Notes under the pieces: generated by a model | Seen by the model: only the letters and a program-made list of their open reading frames with translations | The model's database searches: none | What the model was told of the DNA's origin: nothing | In this document: positions 36,212 to 44,795 of the stretch, piece after piece | How the letters are laid out: each line of letters begins with the position of its first letter | Numbering within the stretch: position 1 is the first letter of the stretch | Virus record (IMG/VR): IMGVR_UViG_2939147180_000006 | Coordinates: 1 to 54,932 of that record | Strand: one strand, 5' to 3' | DNA: 54,932 bases | From: a virus | Lineage: Duplodnaviria; Heunggongvirae; Uroviricota; Caudoviricetes | Translations under genes and position numbers: made by a program

Positions 36212-36603
36212 ATATTCGTTGCGTATTCGTCAATATCCGGTAGTAGGTCACCGCGCTCGCGTACCTTAATAAACAATCGACCGCCTTTTACCTTCCGGCA
36301 GCGAACAATTTTTATAGAATCGATCTGCCCGTCGTCGGTCCAGAATCCAGCGTAAGTAAGGCTGTCAAAAAGGCATTTGGGGATATTATCCAGATCTCTG
36401 ATCCGGTTATCCGGCGGCGCGGCATAAATGGCTATTGCCAGTCGGCAAGATAGGTTGATGTTTAAATTTAATAGCTCGATGATGTCTCTTACCTGTTCCC
36501 TGTATTCTTTACCAACCTTGCTGATATAGTGAAAACCGCGTGAATGACGGTAATATCGGTTATTAGATGGTGGGTAAGGTAGGCTAAATGTATATTCGTT
36601 CAT
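36202..36603 (-). CDS. rusA: RusA-family Holliday junction resolvase
   Basis: 133 aa; N-terminus LPYPPSNNRYYRHSRG, then RDLDNIPKCLFDSLTYAGFW and KGGRL closely match E. coli RusA from memory. Confidence 0.85.
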   Translation of the reverse strand: MNEYTFSLPYPPSNNRYYRHSRGFHYISKVGKEYREQVRDIIELLNLNINLSCRLAIAIYAAPPDNRIRDLDNIPKCLFDSLTYAGFWTDDGQIDSIKIVRCRKVKGGRLFIKVRERGDLLPDIDEYATNIWG

Positions 36604-37205
36604 GCTGCCTTTCTCCTTAAGGCGTCCAATTTAGCCTGATAAACTTTTATGATCTCCTTGCATTCTTCGATCGTCCATTTGTGCGTATCATTGTTGTTCT
36701 CCAGTGCTACCACCCTGGCCAGGCCAATTTTTCGAATCAGTGCCGGGCGATACCCTCCGATGTTGCCGTCTAATGTCTGGTTGCAGTGCCTGCATTGTTT
36801 GTGACAATTATCCTCATTGAAGCGAAGGTGTCCGGCGGCTGCTACCGTTCTATAGTGTCCGGCATCCCATGAACATTGCTCGCCGTAGTAAGTGCCGCAT
36901 GATATACACGGCAAACGAGCGTCACGCTCGCGGATATATGCATTAAATACCGCTTGCGCCTGCTTGATCCAGTAACTACGCGGATTTAACTGTTTCCGCT
37001 TCCGGTTGCGTTCTTCCCGCTGGCTGTCGCGGCGTTTCTTCCGTTCCATAGCCTTCATAGCCTTCTCACGGTCGCGGCATAACTGGTCAAACTTCAGTTC
37101 TTCCAGACATTCGTCACTGCACCACGTTTGATTGTGATATTTAGGCTCAAAAAAAACGCCGCAGCACTTGCAACGGCGTCTTATGGGTTTTTTAGGGTTC
37201 TGCAT
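36600..37205 (-). CDS. ninG: NinG / Rap-like recombination-associated protein
   Basis: Cys-rich protein (CKCCGVFF, CISCGTYYGEQCSWDAGHYR, CRHCNQ) directly upstream of rusA; start trimmed to MQNPKKPIRRR. Confidence 0.7.
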   Translation of the reverse strand: MQNPKKPIRRRCKCCGVFFEPKYHNQTWCSDECLEELKFDQLCRDREKAMKAMERKKRRDSQREERNRKRKQLNPRSYWIKQAQAVFNAYIRERDARLPCISCGTYYGEQCSWDAGHYRTVAAAGHLRFNEDNCHKQCRHCNQTLDGNIGGYRPALIRKIGLARVVALENNNDTHKWTIEECKEIIKVYQAKLDALRRKAA

Positions 37206-37243
37206 AAAAACCACCCCGATTATTTTTGATTCTCTGTTTCGTT

Positions 37244-37396
37244 CAGCCTTTCGGCGTGTCCGGCCCTTAGCCAATGTTCTAAACATTCGTTGCACTCGTT
37301 ACAGCCTCCTTTCTTAGTGCTGCATACATTACACATTGCACGCATGACGCTTTCTCGCTCATAGTCGTCATGCCATTGGTAATCATCAAAAGGCAT
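37244..37396 (-). CDS. Small zinc-ribbon protein (50 aa) upstream of ninG
   Basis: Manually translated MPFDDYQWHDDYERESVMRAMCNVCSTKKGGCNECNECLEHWLRADTPKG; AAGGAGAG RBS. Confidence 0.4.
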
Positions 37397-37473
37397 AATG
37401 CTCTCTCCTTTTCAGGTGATTTATACGCATTTCAGCGCTGCCGGATTTTTAAAGAGCATTTGTTTGCTTGAAG

Positions 37474-37552
37474 TATACAAAATGGATACGTCATAACAAG
37501 CTGAAAAGCGCCATTATGTGATCCGTATCACACAATGACGCCATTTTGTAAA
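37474..37552. promoter_or_regulatory. Regulatory region: TATACAAAATGG and CCATTTTGTAAA in inverted orientation flanking CRP-consensus palindrome TGTGATCCGTATCACA
   Basis: Read directly; TGTGA-N6-TCACA at 37517..37532; intergenic between C5-MTase-like gene and ninG block. Confidence 0.45.
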
Positions 37553-37554
37553 CT

Positions 37555-38337
37555 TCAGTCAGGCAAAACACGGTTAAGCGTAGTACGATTGATGGCCCTG
37601 TCGTTAGCCAGGAATACAGCACGGGCAAAGCCGCGCGGCGTTAGCGAGCGGATCATCTTTGTTCGTTTCGTCCGGCCTCCAGTTTTAGACCATCCCGGGT
37701 TATCACCAGAGTTAAGATCTACAGGTCTGAAAAGCGGTTGTTTAAATCCGTTACCGCACCAAATACAAGTTTTCTTTGTATACGCGTCGCGCGACGGGTA
37801 AACATCCTGGAAAGCAGGATGCTTGTCATCTTCCGGCAGGTAGCCACCGTAAGCGCAAGGATTAAAGATAAAATCCGGTTTACGCCATAACGTTGACAGT
37901 GCGCCCACCGGATTTTCCACCATCCACGGCACGTTATACATATTTGCCAGTTTTTCTACAATTTTTGCGTTATACGCCGCCTTTACCTGGAAGCCAGGAT
38001 CTTTTTTTCGCTTATCAGCGAACCAGCGAGCGCCAGACACAGCGAGATCGTCGCATGGAGGAAAGCCCAAGATAATGTCAGGCTCTGGATAAACAGACAA
38101 TTCAGGGGAGAACATTACCAGGAAATGGCTGTCAATCCATACGTTAACATATTCAATATTCGGATGAATGATTTTAACGCCTTCATAATCGCCGTGGTTT
38201 GCGCCGTCATAGTTGAAGCAATAGCACTTATATCCAGCATCCGCCCAGTCTTTAACGGCATATCCGCTGCCGTCGTACAGCGACCACACAACCCAGCTTC
38301 TAAGCCAATTATTTAACCAGTGTTTAGCCTTGCTCAT
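37555..38337 (-). CDS. Putative DNA cytosine-C5 methyltransferase (compact, divergent)
   Basis: 260 aa; motif-I-like SLYDGSGYA, motif-IV-like GFPPCDDLAVSG, motif-VI-like WMVENPVG; target-recognition region short. Confidence 0.5.
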   Translation of the reverse strand: MSKAKHWLNNWLRSWVVWSLYDGSGYAVKDWADAGYKCYCFNYDGANHGDYEGVKIIHPNIEYVNVWIDSHFLVMFSPELSVYPEPDIILGFPPCDDLAVSGARWFADKRKKDPGFQVKAAYNAKIVEKLANMYNVPWMVENPVGALSTLWRKPDFIFNPCAYGGYLPEDDKHPAFQDVYPSRDAYTKKTCIWCGNGFKQPLFRPVDLNSGDNPGWSKTGGRTKRTKMIRSLTPRGFARAVFLANDRAINRTTLNRVLPD

Positions 38338-38846
38338 TTTCTGCCCTCAAACGTGAGATAGCGGCGCATGATGATAGTGATCACCGTTACCGCTGCCATT
38401 TTTGAGATGAACTGCATAGCTGATATTTCAGGCATAAACGCCATAAACGATAGCGTGGGGAAAATCAACGCATCGCCAATGGCTGACGCTATATTTGCAG
38501 GCCAGCGTTTCGAATCGAAATCACCAGGCAAAACCCGGTAAACACCGCCAGATATAAGCGCACCAGAAACAACCGCGACGAATGACGCGATTGCCACCAT
38601 CCCTGCGTCATAATTTATCAGCACCGTGATTGCGCCAGCGGCGGCGCATGTTGTAGCCGACCATTTCAGGCCGCCGTCATATAACAGAAAGTCGCGGATC
38701 ATCATATTGACACACACTACTGCTACCGTGGTGATAGGAATTACCCACGGGCCGCAATGGTTAACAATTAGGTTGATGATCACGAAAACGGCGACATAAA
38801 CGCAGGCCAATAACCTGTCAATCGCCACCTTTTTCATTTGGGTCAT
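38334..38846 (-). CDS. Integral membrane protein (about 5 TM; possible Vut/YhhQ-like transporter fold)
   Basis: 170 aa, very hydrophobic; segment PANIASAIGDALIFPTLSFMAF loosely resembles a YhhQ motif; weak. Confidence 0.3.
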   Translation of the reverse strand: MTQMKKVAIDRLLACVYVAVFVIINLIVNHCGPWVIPITTVAVVCVNMMIRDFLLYDGGLKWSATTCAAAGAITVLINYDAGMVAIASFVAVVSGALISGGVYRVLPGDFDSKRWPANIASAIGDALIFPTLSFMAFMPEISAMQFISKMAAVTVITIIMRRYLTFEGRK

Positions 38847-39333
38847 ACCTCTTATCGCGAATAGCCTCAGATCTTTTAAAATTCAAGTCAAGTCGAGTTG
38901 AAAGACAACCGCATTGAGGGTTAATCTCCGAAGGCTCAAAGACATCACGGAATTTTATAACCCCATCCTTTACCATCCCTTCACTAATGTTGGCGGCAGT
39001 GAACTGGTTTTTATTTTGCTCCACCTCCCGATCATTCAGTATCTGCTCCGCTTTTAGTGCGCTGTAGCTGATTAGGTCAACCAAAGTGTCAGTAGGGTCA
39101 GAACCATTAACCAAAATGGCTTCTAAACGCGCCTCCTTGAGGCAAATCATAAGATCCCATACATCAAGTGGGGTTAAATTTGCGCCCTTCTTAGCGTTGT
39201 ATATAGTGGCTATTTTTGGCGCTGATTTTTCTTGTTTTCTGTCGTATCCGTTTTGTTTCCCTCTTTGCTCAATTGTTTCCGCTGCAAGTCGTAATAAATC
39301 TGCTACACTAGTCATTATCTGCACCTCTTGCAT
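38818..39333 (-). CDS. Hypothetical protein (171 aa)
   Basis: Track ORF between the two methyltransferase genes. Confidence 0.4.
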   Translation of the reverse strand: MQEVQIMTSVADLLRLAAETIEQRGKQNGYDRKQEKSAPKIATIYNAKKGANLTPLDVWDLMICLKEARLEAILVNGSDPTDTLVDLISYSALKAEQILNDREVEQNKNQFTAANISEGMVKDGVIKFRDVFEPSEINPQCGCLSTRLDLNFKRSEAIRDKRYDPNEKGGD

Positions 39334-39859
39334 ATAGATCTTTGCGCGTTACGTGTGTAAAAATACATTCATGTCTGCACCGTGGATGCCAGATCAAAAA
39401 CAAGCTGCCTTTATTGTTTCCGCTCACTGGCTTACCAGTCGCAGCATTTATAAAAGCCAGCCGCCCGCGCGTGATTAATCTGCATTCGTTTGCCGTCTCA
39501 ACGCCGTTCATAAACCAGCCAACAGAAATATCAGCGGGCAACAACATTACGCAACCTATATGATTTCGTTTATGTTCTATCGCCGCCTTATCAACGAATG
39601 GCCCCGGATTCGAGTATGGCGGATTCATCCAGACATACTCACCAGGCATTGCCACCGCTCCCCACGGATAATGCAACGTGTCCATTTCTTCTGTTATATA
39701 CCGAGGAACTAGCGCATTTTCCTCGCTTGCCGCCACATCTGCGACAAATTCGAACTCGCGATCCATTCCTCTAAAAACTGGTTTTGGCGTCTGCCACAGG
39801 TCTTTTATTTCCTTCGGCGTGTTGCTGCCTCCAAAATCATTTTTCATCATTACCCCCAC
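39308..39859 (-). CDS. dam: Phage-type DNA N6-adenine methyltransferase (Dam family)
   Basis: 183 aa; catalytic motif WMNPPYS (NPPY); size and context typical of lambdoid phage Dam proteins. Confidence 0.7.
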   Translation of the reverse strand: MGVMMKNDFGGSNTPKEIKDLWQTPKPVFRGMDREFEFVADVAASEENALVPRYITEEMDTLHYPWGAVAMPGEYVWMNPPYSNPGPFVDKAAIEHKRNHIGCVMLLPADISVGWFMNGVETANECRLITRGRLAFINAATGKPVSGNNKGSLFLIWHPRCRHECIFTHVTRKDLYARGADND

Positions 39860-40098
39860 TAAAAATAATCCTGGTCAGTCCCCCATCTATTATTGAGATA
39901 CCCCACCAACCACACAAAACGTTCAATACTGATTAGCGGGGCGACCTTGCGATAATGCTTTTCTAATATCAGCCGCGTAGCTTTATCGCTGTAGCCGTTT
40001 CTTTCTACCTCTGATTTGCAGGCAGAAAGCGCCGCACGCGCGGCAGTTTTTACGGCGTTGAATTGCGGCTCTGACAGGTTAAATAAAGCCATTTTCAT
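39859..40098 (-). CDS. Hypothetical protein (79 aa)
   Basis: Track ORF, co-directional early-left operon. Confidence 0.35.
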   Translation of the reverse strand: MKMALFNLSEPQFNAVKTAARAALSACKSEVERNGYSDKATRLILEKHYRKVAPLISIERFVWLVGYLNNRWGTDQDYF

Positions 40099-40337
40099 AA
40101 ATCATCAGTAGAATCAGCGAAAAAGAATCCTATAAATACACTTGCGGCAATAATTATCCTTAACCCATAAAGCGCATCTTCAGGTGATGGCATTTCTGGT
40201 AGTTCCCATGTAACAAAAGACACGCCGCACAAAATTCCAATAAAAACAGTGACAATGCATGAGAATACGAAAAAAGAACAAAATAACCAGCCAACGATGA
40301 AGTCAATAAGTGCACGCATCATTCTAAACATCCTCAA
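40095..40337 (-). CDS. Hypothetical membrane protein (80 aa)
   Basis: Track ORF; two hydrophobic segments. Confidence 0.35.
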   Translation of the reverse strand: MRMFRMMRALIDFIVGWLFCSFFVFSCIVTVFIGILCGVSFVTWELPEMPSPEDALYGLRIIIAASVFIGFFFADSTDDL

Positions 40338-40527
40338 TCACACCGCCTTGCACGCGTTCCTTAATATCCCACACATGAGGCTTGCATATTTCTTGATAAT
40401 AGTGATCCGGCCTGCTGCCGAAATACCATTTCCCTTCCATATAAAAATAAACGCCCGAAAAGTTTCCGGGCGCTGCCTTTGTTGCTGACTCTGGAATTTT
40501 CCATTCTCTGTAATGTTTAAACCGCAT
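40324..40527 (-). CDS. Hypothetical protein (67 aa)
   Basis: Track ORF. Confidence 0.35.
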   Translation of the reverse strand: MRFKHYREWKIPESATKAAPGNFSGVYFYMEGKWYFGSRPDHYYQEICKPHVWDIKERVQGGVIEDV

Positions 40528-40711
40528 GTAATGACACCTCCCGGATAAGTTTACTCAATTCAATGTCTGGTAGTCTGCGAAAATGCTGTACACCATCGAC
40601 AAAGCGCACGCAATAAATATCGCCTACATTGTTGTAGTAATAACAGCCGCTAAAACCAATTCCCGCCAATTTAGCGTTATCAGGCAACGTATAACCGCCA
40701 ACATTTTTCAT
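40517..40711 (-). CDS. Hypothetical protein (64 aa)
   Basis: Track ORF. Confidence 0.35.
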   Translation of the reverse strand: MKNVGGYTLPDNAKLAGIGFSGCYYYNNVGDIYCVRFVDGVQHFRRLPDIELSKLIREVSLHAV

Positions 40712-40809
40712 AAATCACCTCATATGGTATTCAATAAACCACCTGATAAACAGGCATAAGGCAATAAAACCCCAGCAAATGCACATAAATAGAAGTGGAT
40801 CGTCCATAG

Positions 40810-41028
40810 TTAAGCCTCAAATAATGCGTAGTCGAATTTGCCCAAATATCTTTCAAGGCTGACTATCTCAACGCCATCAACGCATCGCTTCCACACAGAC
40901 ACCTGGTTTTCATTTTCCCGGAAGTGCATATTAGAAAGCACTTCATCGGCTGGATAGCTTTTCCCGGCGACGTAGGCATCACTACCAACGCCACCTTCAA
41001 CACAATAAAGCATTAATTCGCGGGCCAT
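40810..41028 (-). CDS. Hypothetical protein (72 aa)
   Basis: Track ORF. Confidence 0.35.
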   Translation of the reverse strand: MARELMLYCVEGGVGSDAYVAGKSYPADEVLSNMHFRENENQVSVWKRCVDGVEIVSLERYLGKFDYALFEA

Positions 41029-41127
41029 CTTGTTTTCCTCCGTGCCGTAAACATTTTGATTTCAGTTTACAAAACGGATTCGCGATCGCAACACAAAACG
41101 TATATTTATGCGATCGCAACCACAATG

Positions 41128-41748
41128 TTAATGAAGTACGCGCTTTTCAGGTTCAGGCATTGGCTGCACGTTTTTCCGTACATCATTAAGCACAGCTATA
41201 GCCGCCTGTACACCTAAATCATTTGCACGCATATTATTCCCAACCATTTCGCCGTAAAACAATGGCATGATCGCCTTTACGTCTTCCTCTTTGTGCCCTT
41301 CATCAATACACTTCTGTAACGCTTTAGCCTCGAATATTTCTTTCATTACGCCGCGCATAGAATACAGCGCAACGCTACCCATATGATTTTCATCTAACGG
41401 GAAAATAACCGCACTTCCGAACGCCAGCGGGTCAATTTCTTCCGGCACTGGTACTCGTCCAAATTCTTCTTCCATTCGTTTTACGAAAGTAAGGCAGAAG
41501 ACATAACGAGCTACAGCCGTTTTTTCTTCAGCGCTTAAAGACACATAATCGCGGATCGACGCATCCATCACAATATCAACAATCTGTAACGCCAGATTCA
41601 AATCAGCGTCATACTTGCCAGCTTCCATATCTTTCAATACTTCGTGATAATCTTTAATTTCAACTTCATGAAAACTTGCGTCTTCAGTGTAGCGAGTGAT
41701 TAACATGCCTTCGCTGCCTAGTGAATAAGCTGTTTTGATGTCGTTCAT
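41128..41748 (-). CDS. Hypothetical protein (206 aa)
   Basis: Track ORF, largest unknown in early-left region. Confidence 0.45.
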   Translation of the reverse strand: MNDIKTAYSLGSEGMLITRYTEDASFHEVEIKDYHEVLKDMEAGKYDADLNLALQIVDIVMDASIRDYVSLSAEEKTAVARYVFCLTFVKRMEEEFGRVPVPEEIDPLAFGSAVIFPLDENHMGSVALYSMRGVMKEIFEAKALQKCIDEGHKEEDVKAIMPLFYGEMVGNNMRANDLGVQAAIAVLNDVRKNVQPMPEPEKRVLH

Positions 41749-41760
41749 GATATTTATCCT

Positions 41761-42093
41761 TTATAGTGGGTGATGCCATTTCATTTCGGTTTCTGGATTG
41801 AACGTGTTTCCTTCACTTGAAAGGAATAAATCACGCGCCCGTTTTAGTTCTTCCTGGATTATTTCAATTTCATCAATCTGACCGAACGATCCAGGCATCA
41901 TCCGTTTTAAATCAGATAGAGGGCGCATAAGTCCGCAGCCACGTAACAACATGTCTAACGCGAACTGCCGCCGCCCTGCCGCATCATTAAAGCGCCGAGA
42001 ATAAGGAACAACCACAATCCGGCGTTCGAACTCAATAAATAGCGATAGCTTGTTAGTTTCTGCGTCATATGCTTTATGGAATTTAATTTTCAT
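41761..42093 (-). CDS. Hypothetical protein (110 aa)
   Basis: Track ORF. Confidence 0.4.
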   Translation of the reverse strand: MKIKFHKAYDAETNKLSLFIEFERRIVVVPYSRRFNDAAGRRQFALDMLLRGCGLMRPLSDLKRMMPGSFGQIDEIEIIQEELKRARDLFLSSEGNTFNPETEMKWHHPL

Positions 42094-42274
42094 CTAACAC
42101 CTCGATATATTGTTCAAGATGCCATCTGCCGACTTCCTTCAGGTCTTCATCGTATATAACGACTTCCCCGCCCTGCATGATCATGAAGGCAGCTGCTGTA
42201 AATTCACGCCCCCACCACGCCTTTAATCGCTCACCGCCTTTCAGGTCTTTGACCTTTACTTCTTTTATAGCCAT
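42083..42274 (-). CDS. Hypothetical protein (63 aa)
   Basis: Track ORF. Confidence 0.35.
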   Translation of the reverse strand: MAIKEVKVKDLKGGERLKAWWGREFTAAAFMIMQGGEVVIYDEDLKEVGRWHLEQYIEVLDEN

Positions 42275-42537
42275 ACGCCGTACATCCCATTAAGTCCGGC
42301 GAATAATTTCCGCCAGTGGTCTTCAACATAAGCCCGGAACGGCTTAACGCGAACATTGCGTGCCTTCAGTTCAATCTTGTCAAAGAAACGCGGCTCTATA
42401 ATTGTTCCGTCCAGGTATTTAACCAGGATCGGGCGCTCAAGATCATTAAATGTCTTATTCAGCACGACCAGGCCAGGGTCACTACGATACTCAGGCAAAA
42501 CAACAAGATCGCCATCTTTTGCATTCCAAGTAATCAT
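42265..42537 (-). CDS. Hypothetical protein (90 aa)
   Basis: Track ORF; ATG at 42537 (table start at 42540 is a GTG codon). Confidence 0.4.
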   Translation of the reverse strand: MITWNAKDGDLVVLPEYRSDPGLVVLNKTFNDLERPILVKYLDGTIIEPRFFDKIELKARNVRVKPFRAYVEDHWRKLFAGLNGMYGVWL

Positions 42538-42653
42538 CACATCACCCCGCCGATATAGCTAATAATTGCCGCAGTAGCGCCAGCCATTACCACCATGAAG
42601 ACGAAAGCGACCACGCAGAAAACAGCCCTTACAGTATTTTTATCGACTCGCAT
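42537..42653 (-). CDS. Small hydrophobic peptide (38 aa) MRVDKNTVRAVFCVVAFVFMVVMAGATAAIISYIGGVM
   Basis: Manually translated; stop overlaps the next gene's start. Confidence 0.3.
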   Translation of the reverse strand: MRVDKNTVRAVFCVVAFVFMVVMAGATAAIISYIGGVM

Positions 42654-42660
42654 ATAAGCC

Positions 42661-42768
42661 TCACATGTCAGTAATCAGCTTAACAATCGCCACAGTGATA
42701 TAAAGTGACGCACTAAGGTAAACAGCCGCCACAGCAACAAATGCGGCTAACATTGCAATCTTTTTCAT
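42661..42768 (-). CDS. Small hydrophobic peptide (35 aa) MKKIAMLAAFVAVAAVYLSASLYITVAIVKLITDM
   Basis: Manually translated; ATGA overlap with the upstream gene stop. Confidence 0.3.
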   Translation of the reverse strand: MKKIAMLAAFVAVAAVYLSASLYITVAIVKLITDM

Positions 42769-42989
42769 TTGCCACCCTCCGCAATGAATTTATCAAGCCA
42801 TTTGTTATTCGCCAGGCGTTCGGCATCTTCGCCGAATGATTTACGGTCATTCAATTCCTTGCGAGTAGGCAGAGGCCATTTATCATGCCAACCAGCCGAC
42901 GTATCGAACTCATACAGGCCACCATCAAAAGTAACGTAGTCATCTGCTGTGTCAGGCATTTCCTTATCAACTTCTTTATCTTCGATCAT
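42765..42989 (-). CDS. Hypothetical acidic protein (74 aa)
   Basis: Track ORF. Confidence 0.35.
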   Translation of the reverse strand: MIEDKEVDKEMPDTADDYVTFDGGLYEFDTSAGWHDKWPLPTRKELNDRKSFGEDAERLANNKWLDKFIAEGGK

Positions 42990-43003
42990 GATTTAATACC
43001 TCA

Positions 43004-43282
43004 TTAATCGTTAATAACCTGACCCATACGCCCGCGATATTTGCGCATACGTGGATCGACATATTCAGGCCAATGCATATCCGGTTTTCTTTGCAGTGGG
43101 TAAAAACTTGCCTGCCAGTTGTCGAACCATATTTGTTTTGCGTACAGGTCACTAAATCTTTTTGCCATCCGTTCCGCTGCCGTTCCGCATAAAAAAAGCC
43201 CATGATCGATATGATCACGGGCTTCTTTTAGAACTTGCTCTTTTGTTCGCGGTGGCGGTGGCGGTTTTAAATAATCACCCAT
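43004..43282 (-). CDS. Hypothetical protein (92 aa)
   Basis: Track ORF. Confidence 0.35.
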   Translation of the reverse strand: MGDYLKPPPPPRTKEQVLKEARDHIDHGLFLCGTAAERMAKRFSDLYAKQIWFDNWQASFYPLQRKPDMHWPEYVDPRMRKYRGRMGQVIND

Positions 43283-43297
43283 CGCTAACCTATTGAA

Positions 43298-43714
43298 TCA
43301 GAACGGAATATCATCGTCGAAGTCCATCGGCGGAGGATTATTCACGTTATTATTTTGATGCGGTGGCGCTTTCTGCTGCTGGCCTTGCTGCTGGCCTTGT
43401 TGGTTAACGTTCATGAATTCAAATTCGTTAACCGCCACTTCTACCGCCGTCCCCTTCGTGCCGTCGTTCCGGTCATATTGCCGAACATCCAGGCGACCGC
43501 TTACCACTATTTTCCCACCCTTGCGGATATGTGGCGCTAATTTTTCCGCACGCTCGCCAAATACCAGGCAAGTGACCCACATTGTCCGCTTATTATCGCC
43601 GTAGCCATTCGTTACAGCTAACGGAAAACTACCAATCGCTTTTCCGTTTTGCGTGTAACGAACTTCCATATCATTCCCGATATTACCGCCAAGTGTGATT
43701 AAATTTAAGCTCAT
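43298..43714 (-). CDS. ssb: Single-stranded DNA-binding protein
   Basis: 138 aa; OB-fold-like N-terminus, Gln/Gly-rich linker, acidic C-terminal tip DFDDDIPF. Confidence 0.85.
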   Translation of the reverse strand: MSLNLITLGGNIGNDMEVRYTQNGKAIGSFPLAVTNGYGDNKRTMWVTCLVFGERAEKLAPHIRKGGKIVVSGRLDVRQYDRNDGTKGTAVEVAVNEFEFMNVNQQGQQQGQQQKAPPHQNNNVNNPPPMDFDDDIPF

Positions 43715-44355
43715 TAACTGATCTCCCCGTTAAGCTCTTTTAATCGAATGTCATAAACGTCTTTGGCTTTCTGTTGCTGCTCTGAATCTTTAGGCAGTAG
43801 CTTCCAGCACTTCCCGAAGATCTCGCGCAATTTGTTAGCGTCCTGCGCTTTCGCTGCCGCATCACAGAAACGCGCTAACACCTCATCAGGATTTGGAGGC
43901 GCTTTCTGCTGCTGTGGTTGTTGTTTTGGTGGGTTTTTCTGCTGGCGTGGCTGTTGATTTGTCTGTTTCGCGTAAGCATCAGTATCAGGATCTTTTGCGT
44001 CATCAATGCAGAACAACCCGTTCAAAGCGTATTTACGCGCGTAACTTGATGTCGCGCCAGTTAACTGGCTTGCGTCCATTCCCTTCTTGCTTTCTTCCTC
44101 CCTGGCGTAAGCCGTTACCGCTATTTCATCCTCACCGTCGCTTAGTGTCGCAGTGGCTTTCACATAATAGCGATTGCCGATCAGGACAATTTCATCGCTT
44201 ACAGTCAGAGTAATACTTTGAAGCAGTGGTTTGACCGCTTCTAAAATATCCTCCGCCGACCTGTAATTGTATCCACCGAAATTATTACGCTGATTTTTCG
44301 GTGCGTTCAGCGTTTGCTGAATCGTCCGCAGTTTTTTGTGTAACTCTGTTTTCAC
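43714..44355 (-). CDS. erf: ERF-family single-strand annealing recombinase (P22 Erf-like)
   Basis: 213 aa; N-terminal region incl. VLIGNRYYVKATAT and GATSSYARKYALNGLF closely resembles P22 Erf from memory. Confidence 0.85.
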   Translation of the reverse strand: MKTELHKKLRTIQQTLNAPKNQRNNFGGYNYRSAEDILEAVKPLLQSITLTVSDEIVLIGNRYYVKATATLSDGEDEIAVTAYAREEESKKGMDASQLTGATSSYARKYALNGLFCIDDAKDPDTDAYAKQTNQQPRQQKNPPKQQPQQQKAPPNPDEVLARFCDAAAKAQDANKLREIFGKCWKLLPKDSEQQQKAKDVYDIRLKELNGEIS

Positions 44356-44504
44356 TCTTTAATCTCCTTCGCTGTTAACACTATGTATAAGGCTTTATTC
44401 GCGGCGCTCCACATTTCGGCATCATGAAGCATTTCCGCTACCGCCAGTTTGAATTGAAGCGCCTGAATAACCATAACGTCACCTCCGGCTGTTTACATTT
44501 TGTA

Positions 44505-44795
44505 TTAATGGTAACGGACTTTATCAAGGGGTTTTTCCCCTAAATGGCGTGGTTGCGTTGCGTGGTAGTAGTTGCCGCTTTCATTTTCCGTATACCATTT
44601 TACTGCTCCTTTGCGACGTTCTTTAATGCTATTTGGTTTGCATCTTTCCTCGTTTGCAAAGCGAATAGCTTTATCCACATTGTCTGTTTTATTAATTGCA
44701 GGTGATGATTTTCTTTCGTTTTCTCTTTTTATTCTTCTGCGTTCCCTGGCATTCAGTTTACTGTCACATTTGCCATACATGATTGTAACTGTCAT
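44505..44795 (-). CDS. Putative N-type antiterminator (P22 gene 24-like) with arginine-rich motif
   Basis: 96 aa; N-terminus MTVTIMYGK...NARERRRIKRENERK (ARM-like); first gene downstream of the pL-type region. Confidence 0.5.
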   Translation of the reverse strand: MTVTIMYGKCDSKLNARERRRIKRENERKSSPAINKTDNVDKAIRFANEERCKPNSIKERRKGAVKWYTENESGNYYHATQPRHLGEKPLDKVRYH

